Shown one piece after another: positions 56,792 to 64,000 of a DNA stretch of 64,000 nucleotides. Numbering within the stretch: position 1 is the stretch's first letter; every line of letters begins with the position of its first letter. Below the pieces are notes generated by a model. The model was given only the letters and a program-made list of their open reading frames with translations. It was not told the DNA's origin and searched no databases. The position numbers were made by a program, and so were the translations under genes. Origin of the DNA: Octopus sinensis (taxonomy: Eukaryota); contig NC_043005.1 in NCBI RefSeq assembly GCF_006345805.1, forward strand, positions 12,214,001 through 12,278,000, in the 5' to 3' direction.

Positions 56792-56795
<4 letters not shown>
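55777..56795 (-). mobile_element. R4/Dong-type non-LTR retrotransposon, 5'-truncated, one frameshift
   Basis: ORF 55969-56688 extends in frame upstream to FKEADKYKQ; CCHC + RLE motifs; (ATT)n on both flanks. Confidence 0.94.
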
Positions 56796-56854
<59 letters not shown>

Positions 56855-56856
<2 letters not shown>

Positions 56857-56926
56857 CCATGTGGTCTAGTGGTTAGGAATCCTGGCTTTCACCCAGGTGG
56901 CCCGGGTTCGATTCCCGGCATAGGAA
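56855..56926 (+). tRNA. trnE-TTC: tRNA-Glu(TTC) gene or young pseudogene
   Basis: TCCCATG..GGTCTAGTGGTTAGG..CCTGG CTTTCAC CCAGG..CCGGG TTCGATT CCCGG CATAGGA A. One acceptor-stem and one D-stem mismatch; no CCA and no T4 terminator. Confidence 0.85.
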
Positions 56927-56938
56927 CTTGTTCTTAAT

Positions 56939-57339
56939 AAGCGTAGGAGTGCCTGCGTGGTAAGTAGCTTGCTTACGAACCCCATGGTTCCGAGTTCAGT
57001 CCCGCTGCGTGGCACCTTGGGCAAATGTCTTCTACTATATCCTCGGGCCGACCAAAGCCTTGTGAGTGGATATTTGGTAGACGGAAATTGAAAGAAGCCC
57101 GTCGTATATATGTAAATATATATATGTATGTGTGTGTATGTTTGTGTGTCTGTGTTTGTCCCACCAGCATCGCTTGACAACCGATGCTGGTGTGTTTACA
57201 TCCCCGTAACCTAGCTATTCGCCAAAAGGGACCGATAGAATAATTACTACGCTTACAAAGAATAAGTCCTGGGGTCGATTTTCTCGACTAAAGGCGGTGA
57301 TCCAGCATGGCCGCATTCAAATGACTGAAACAAGTAAAA

Positions 57340-57340
<1 letters not shown>
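56939..57340 (+). mobile_element. SINE family A, full length, directly behind tRNA-Glu
   Basis: Matches family A. Confidence 0.88.
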
Positions 57341-57415
<75 letters not shown>

Positions 57416-57436
57416 GTAGTAGTAGTAGTAGTAGTA

Positions 57437-57470
<34 letters not shown>

Positions 57471-57749
57471 TAAGTAAGTAAGTAAGTAAGTAAGTAAGAG
57501 CAGCAGCAGTATCTACTTTATCTGGGACTGTGTAAACTATGAAAACTGCGCACGATTTAATATCAAAAAATAAACCACACTCAATGCGAAAGATTGATTA
57601 CTCTAAAATTAAGGATTCATATCTATATTACAAATTACACTCAAATGAACATCTGCTTAAGCTGTCCATTCCCTTCCTATGAATTGGAAACACATATATT
57701 CTACATATGCTAAATTTTTTATGCCATTTTTTTTATCGGTGACAACATA

Positions 57750-58171
57750 GGATCTTTTCGGTTTGAACAGCAGTTTTTCTAGCGGTGTTATATGAAATTG
57801 TCACCCATAATTATGACCCTAGTATCGATCTATTGCATTTCAATCTATTTTAGGGTTAAGGTTAGGGTTAGGGGTGGGGGGAAGGGTATCTTTTTTTCTT
57901 CAGAAATGTAAATAAACCCAATCTGTTTCTTAAACGAGGAACATATTCATATGGCACAGAATGATTTTTACCAAAATAGACGTATTTGATTGGTTGAAAT
58001 TGCAGAAATTGAAGAAAAAAAACAACAAATATCTTACAAACTATAGAATTTTCTCAATAAAGCCAAGAGAAAAAGATGTTTAATAAACACATTCTACCAG
58101 TATACGAAGTTTGAAATTTTTTAGTTACCTAGAAATTATGTTAAAAACTGCCGTTCAAACCGAAAAGATCC
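57750..58171. mobile_element. MITE (422 bp), 29-bp TIRs, 8-bp TSD
   Basis: TIR ggatcttttcggtttgaac(a/g)gcagttttt; flanks acaacata / acaatata. Confidence 0.85.
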
Positions 58172-58679
58172 ACAATATAAATATAATAGAGACCCAGATA
58201 CTATTCTGGTTGTAAATTCTTGTAGTGGATGCTTTTTTCAATGATTTGGAATAAGGTAATTCATTGGATGGAGACCATGACGGACTCATTGGTTTATTTA
58301 CTTGTGATACTAAGGAAGTAGTGGCTGGTCTATTTACTATTTAAACTAATGATTTGATTAATGAAAATGGTGCATTTAATAAGAACAACAGACAAGAGAG
58401 ACAACCCAAAAACTTAAAACGCGGTTGTGGGTGCGGTAATTGGTCTTTCGATCGAGCCAAGGACTTTATTTTATTAATTCTTCAAATTGCTAGCACTGCC
58501 TAGCAGTCGCAATTCCTGATAGAGATGTCGCCATTAGTCAGTAACGGCAAAGGATTTAAACTCAGAATGTACAAAGCGAAAAAAGATTCCGCTAGTTCTT
58601 CATTCAAGCAATTTCGCTAATCCACTTCGGCCCTGTTTGAAATCAGCACAGGTTCAAAAGAAACATTGATTTCAAGTTT

Positions 58680-59580
58680 TGGCACGAGGCCAGCAATTTT
58701 GAAGAAGCAGTTAAATGCTGAACTGGTATTTATTTTATGAACTTATTTCATGAACACTGAAAGGTTGAAAGGCAAATTCGACCCCGGCGGCATTTGAAAT
58801 CAGAATGTAAATACGGAAGAAATGCCGCTAAAAGCATTTTTGCGGCGTAGTAACGATTCTCTCAGATCACCGCCCTAGGGTCTGAAGAAATATTAGTTTC
58901 GAATTTTGAAACTGGGACAGCAATTTCGGGAGTGAGTCGAGTACATGGACCCCTCTCAGATGGTACTTATTTTATCGACCCAGAAATGATGAAAGGTGAA
59001 GTCGACCTCGATGGAATTTGACCACAGAAGGCAGAGGCAGACGAAATGCCGCTAAGTAATTTGCACGGCGGGCTAACAATTATGTCAGCTTGTCCTAGTC
59101 AGAAAAAATATTGCGAGGCATCTGATATAGCATTCTAGCGATTCTGTCAAGTTGTTTCTTTAAACCTAAATGAGTATTCATTGTTACTAAGGTGCCGAGC
59201 TGGAAGAATCGTTAGCATAGCGGACAAAATATTTAACGACATTTAATCTGTGAGTTCAAAGTCTTCCGATCTCGACTTTCCCTTTCGGGGCTCGATAAAA
59301 TAAGTGGCTATCGTAATCGACTTATCTCTCCCCTGAAATTTTTGGCCTTGTGCCAAATTTTGAAACTGATATTCCTTTCTACCATAAGCATAAGGCCTGA
59401 AAGTTTTTAAAGGAGGAGGAGAATGGACGATATCGATCTCAGTGATCAACTGGTACTTATTTCATTGACCCCGAAAGGATGAAAGGCAAAGATGACATCG
59501 GCGGAATTTGAACACAAAATGTAAAGCCAGAAGAACTGCTGCCAAGCAATTTATCCGGCACGATAGATTCTGGCAGCGAA
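58680..59580. mobile_element. Cluster of diverged SINE B copies in both orientations
   Basis: Repeated gaaaggatgaaaggcaaagtcgac-like cores. Confidence 0.7.
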
Positions 59581-61012
59581 CCCTTTAAAACTACATTAAT
59601 ATCAATTAAAACATAATACAGTGTGGAATGAGATTAGCATTGACAACCTGAAATATACTTTGGTATTCTTAGAGAAGAATGCCGAAGATCGCATCTCACC
59701 TCCCACTACATTGAATTTGAAATCTATTTTAAGTAGTTTATAGCCCAAGACTGAATGTCTGCCTCTGTATTTTCATCAGAATAATTATGAAACTAATTAC
59801 TCTATTTTCATCAGAATAATTATGAAACTAATTACTCTATCTCTTTCCTCTAAAGACGTGATCCAAGATTGTTTGATTTCTACAATATTTCAGTGTCTGC
59901 TTGTTTTCTATGTAGAGTGTGCTTGTTTTCTATGTAGAGTTTGTTTGTTTTCTATCTATGGCAGATACTATATACTGAGAAGTAGATAGAAGAGGACAAC
60001 TAGCTGAATTATTTTTCAAGATGGCATGGAAAAGAATTATTCTGAATAGTTGCGAAATGTCAGTAAGAAGCTTGAGCTTTATATCAAAATGGATAAACAG
60101 TATGCAAAAGTCGTGAAACAAAACAGTGTTGAATGAGGTAGAAAGTAGACTCCAAATGTCAGAAGCAAGAACAATGTTAAATATAGTCTTCGGACTCAAA
60201 TGGCAAAAGGACAAATATTTTGAGGAAGAATATGTTCCTTTGTTGGTTCTTATATTATCTGCACAGAAACGGTGAAACGAAAAGCCACTCTCGGCGGGAT
60301 TTGAACTCAGAAAATGAATAGTAGCAGAGGAATTAAAGCTGAATTATATTTGAAGTCGACATAAAAAACAGAAATTAATCTGAAAGGTAGCAAAATGTCA
60401 ATAAGAAGTTGAACTTTAAATGTGAAGAGTTAAACAACATTGAAACGATATAAACCAAAACGGGAGATGAAAAAGTAAGGGTTTAATAGGAGTAGGTTGA
60501 ACAGGTATATGTCTTTAATGGAACAGAAGACCAATGTAAACGTAGAAGCATAATATAAAAGTCAAATGAAGATCGTTTCAGTCAGGACAGAATGTAATCT
60601 TCAGAAATGTATTGTAAACGGAAGAACAACGTAAAATAAATTGTTCGAATTTAAACGGCATAAGGACAGCCATTTCGAGAAAATGGTTCTTATTTTATAT
60701 GCCGTAAACGATGAAAAGCAAGGTCACCCTTGGTGGGATTTGAACTCAGAAGCGTAATGAAAGAATGGATTGCATGATACCTAGTAACTTCATTCCTAAT
60801 ATCAAGAAACAATATATCTCTTTTACTTGTTTCAGTCATTTGACGATGGCCATGGAGCAAATCGACTCCAGGACTTTTTAAGCCTAGTAATTATTTTATC
60901 GGTCTCTTTTGCCGAACCGCTCAGTTACGGGGACGTAAACACACCAGCATCGGTTGTCAAGCGATGTTGGTGGGACAAAGACAGACACACAAACAAACAC
61001 ACACACACACAA

Positions 61013-61050
<38 letters not shown>

Positions 61051-61052
<2 letters not shown>

Positions 61053-61250
61053 TTAGTTAATCCAAACAAGAAAGCACAAAAAAACACAACAACGTGAGGA
61101 CGTGGAACAAATATAGTATTATTGGACGCTCAGGAAAGAAGGAGGGTTTAACGTTTCGAGCGGAGCTCTTCATCGGAAACATAGGAGAAGGAAAGATCCA
61201 GAGAAGGGAAGACAGAGGGGAAAAAAATCGCCAACGGTATACACGCGGTC
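61051..61250 (-). mobile_element. ~200-bp Penelope pLTR-like element
   Basis: Homologous to 38401-38613; abuts (TA)n. Confidence 0.7.
61146..61180 (-). ncRNA. Minimal type I hammerhead-ribozyme-like motif
   Basis: GUUU-CCGAUGA-A-GAGC(UCC)GCUC-GAAAC-GUU-AAAC: 4-bp stem I, 4-bp stem II, palindromic AACGUU stem III. Confidence 0.6.
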
Positions 61251-62696
61251 GGGCTTCTTTCAGTTTCCGTCTACCAAATCCATTCACAAGGCTTTGGTCG
61301 GCCCGCCCTAGGATAAAGTAGAAAACACTTGCCCAAGGCGATATGCAGTCGGACTGAACCCGGAACCACGGGGTTGGTAAGCAAGCTACTTACCACACAG
61401 CCACTCCTGCGCCTCTAAATATGGAATAATATATTTTAGAAATTGAAAATCCGAAGAGGATGGAAAAGGAAAGCGAGAACTATAACAATGGATTTATGTG
61501 AAATACATGTTTGCCTGTTTGTTTTTGCTTGAGTGTCTGTACGTGTGGGAGCGTGTGCGTACACATGCACCTCTGTGTGTGAGTGTGCGTTTGTTCGAAT
61601 GTGCATGTGTGTGTGTGTGTGTTTCTGCATATGTGTGTAAGTGTGCATCTATGTGTATATCTAAGTGTATGCTTGTCGTTCGTTCTAAACTCTGAGTAGT
61701 TACAGACTGCATACCCAATTCCCCTTAAACAAATTCAAGCCTTACCTTATGATTTTCACACCCTTTCTATTGTTAATAAACAAAAGGTTCGTGTGCGCAT
61801 ATGTTTTTGTATGTGTATTGTAATATCGTGCGTGTCTAACACATATGGTTAGACGTTACGTAGTAATTAAGAATCACTTGATAGGCAACTGAATATGAAA
61901 GAGTTTGAGAAACTGAATATTCTCTTGAGTATATAACGGTGCCAACAAGGCTCCTCTGACTCGGCAGGGCGAAACTCATAAGTAACTGTCATTTAATATG
62001 ATCCAAAAATAGGTTTATGGTCATTAAATGTCACATAAGAGTTCAAGGGAATGAATTTCAACTCATGATCAATCGGTCAGTTAACTGGACCAGTTACGTG
62101 AGTCACATATTGAATGTGCCTACTTTCCTATTCCGTCATGTAAAATATATACTCATGTTATCAATAGCTCCGCACAGTCTGATGGCCTCTATTTGTTAAC
62201 ATGATGCCTCAAAGATGTAGTTTACAAAAGTGTAGGTTTAGTTGCTAAAAATATGAATTATGTCTTCTGAAAATTCTAAACAAGTATCATAAATGTTTTG
62301 GCATATCTGCAACTTAAAGGCACCGAGATATTTTTTTTTTTTTTGTGGAATGTTTTATTTTTCTTTTAAAAAATACTGAAACGCAACAGCCTATTCATAC
62401 TGGAAAAGCTATCATCAGAATGAATATATTTATGTAACAATACAGTTTTCAAAATGCGTGTAATATCTATAGACACACACTGAAAAATAGCTGTTAAAAT
62501 GGGAAGCGCACTTTGCGAGCATTTTCCCTTTTTCTTTAAGACTTTATTTATTTATTTATTTATTATTTATTTATTTATTTATTATAGTACAGATTGCATT
62601 TCTAACAAGCACCTAGATGGGTACATGAAATATTCAAATAGGAATACACATTCAGCTAAATACGCATGTGCGTATGTGGGGTATGCATGTATTTAT

Positions 62697-62699
<3 letters not shown>

Positions 62700-62782
<83 letters not shown>

Positions 62783-62798
62783 TATATATGTATATATG

Positions 62799-62859
<61 letters not shown>

Positions 62860-62916
62860 ATATATATATATATACATATAATATATATATATATATATAG
62901 TATATATATATATATA

Positions 62917-63011
<95 letters not shown>

Positions 63012-63050
63012 CACATATACATATGCATATATATATACATGTGTTTGAGA
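62700..63050. repeat. (CA)/(TA)n microsatellite
   Basis: Direct inspection. Confidence 0.96.
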
Positions 63051-63634
63051 GCATATGAGGTGTGCATTTATGTATATGTATATATGTGTGTGTGTGCATG
63101 TATGTCTTTTTGCCTATGTATACGGAGATGATCCGAGATAAAGAAAGAATAGGAAGGAAGAGAGAGAGAGAGAGAGAGAGACAGAGACAGAGGGAGAGAT
63201 GAATAAGTATTTTGTGACGAATTTAAAGCTACTTTATCGCATAGTCGAGTAGAAGTAGCAACAAAATAAATGGCAATACCATTAGCGCAGTCACTAAAAT
63301 TGTAACTTCAACAATAACACATGAAAACCATCTACGAAAACAATATCAATAACATGCCTCGTGGTGTATGCAATTGAAAACAGAAGATTACATTTTACAC
63401 ATTACAAAAACACTAATTTCAGATGATAAATACAACAATTAGGGCAAAAAATATATATATACTTCTACTTTACATGATGCAAAACTTTCCGTTGGATAAT
63501 CGCTAATGTATATCGTTTCATTCGGTAAGTTTACACACCCAGACACAAGTTGGTAACATCATGAAAATTGTATGATTAACCATTATAGGTATACCAACAG
63601 CATCAAAGATGTGGTTCCGTAATTATAAAATAAT

Positions 63635-63745
63635 ACACACACACACACACACACACATACATATATATACATACGCACACATACGCAAATACACACGCAC
63701 ACACGCACACACACACACACACACACTCACACACACATACACACA

Positions 63746-63810
<65 letters not shown>

Positions 63811-63820
63811 ATATATATAT
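63635..63820. repeat. (CA)n compound microsatellite
   Basis: Direct inspection. Confidence 0.95.
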
Positions 63821-64000
63821 ATTCAGAAACAGGTATTCTAAAAAATCTATACAAGCCTCATTGATTTAGAATTATAATTAAACACAGTTAGTTATTAAAT
63901 ATAGTTCTGTCTACCGTTTTTTTTACTTTACTAATTTCAGAAGTTCGTTGCTGTACATGAATTTTTTTTTGAGATCGAATATATATTTTGATCATTTTCA

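Larger units (their letters stand above)
60818..61414 (-). mobile_element. SINE family A interrupted at its (TA)n by the hammerhead-bearing element
   Basis: Tail at 60818, head at 61414, insert at 61051-61250. Confidence 0.85.

Noticed and set aside
57848-57875. Interstitial telomere or chromosome-fusion site
   Set aside because: Only about 4 degenerate units, and they lie inside a MITE.
61415-61432. ttccatattt (like the U6 3' end) just upstream of the SINE A head on the minus strand; similar gcgtcacatattt after the 5S copy
   Set aside because: Only 10-13 nt of AT-rich match, compatible with chance or target-site preference.

Overview
Gene-poor, AT-rich eukaryotic DNA. The repeat families suggest a mollusc, most likely Octopus; this is an inference. 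No host protein-coding exon could be supported, and almost all listed ORFs are microsatellite translations. The window is a mosaic of microsatellites, at least four tRNA-headed SINE families, R4/Dong-type, CR1/L2-type and RTE LINE remnants, Tc1/mariner remnants, MITEs, Helitron/Helentron-type elements, a Penelope-like GIY-YIG relic and one 100-N gap. Most notable: (1) copies of three different Pol III RNAs (U6, 5S rRNA, tRNA-Glu) each lie within about 12 nt 5' of the same SINE family in the same orientation, and that SINE shares a covarying 3' stem-loop with CR1/L2-type LINE ends in the window; (2) a 200-bp (TA)n-associated element, present twice, carries a minimal hammerhead-ribozyme-like motif; (3) (TAA)n arrays act as landing sites for R4/Dong copies and for a non-coding ~480-bp element.
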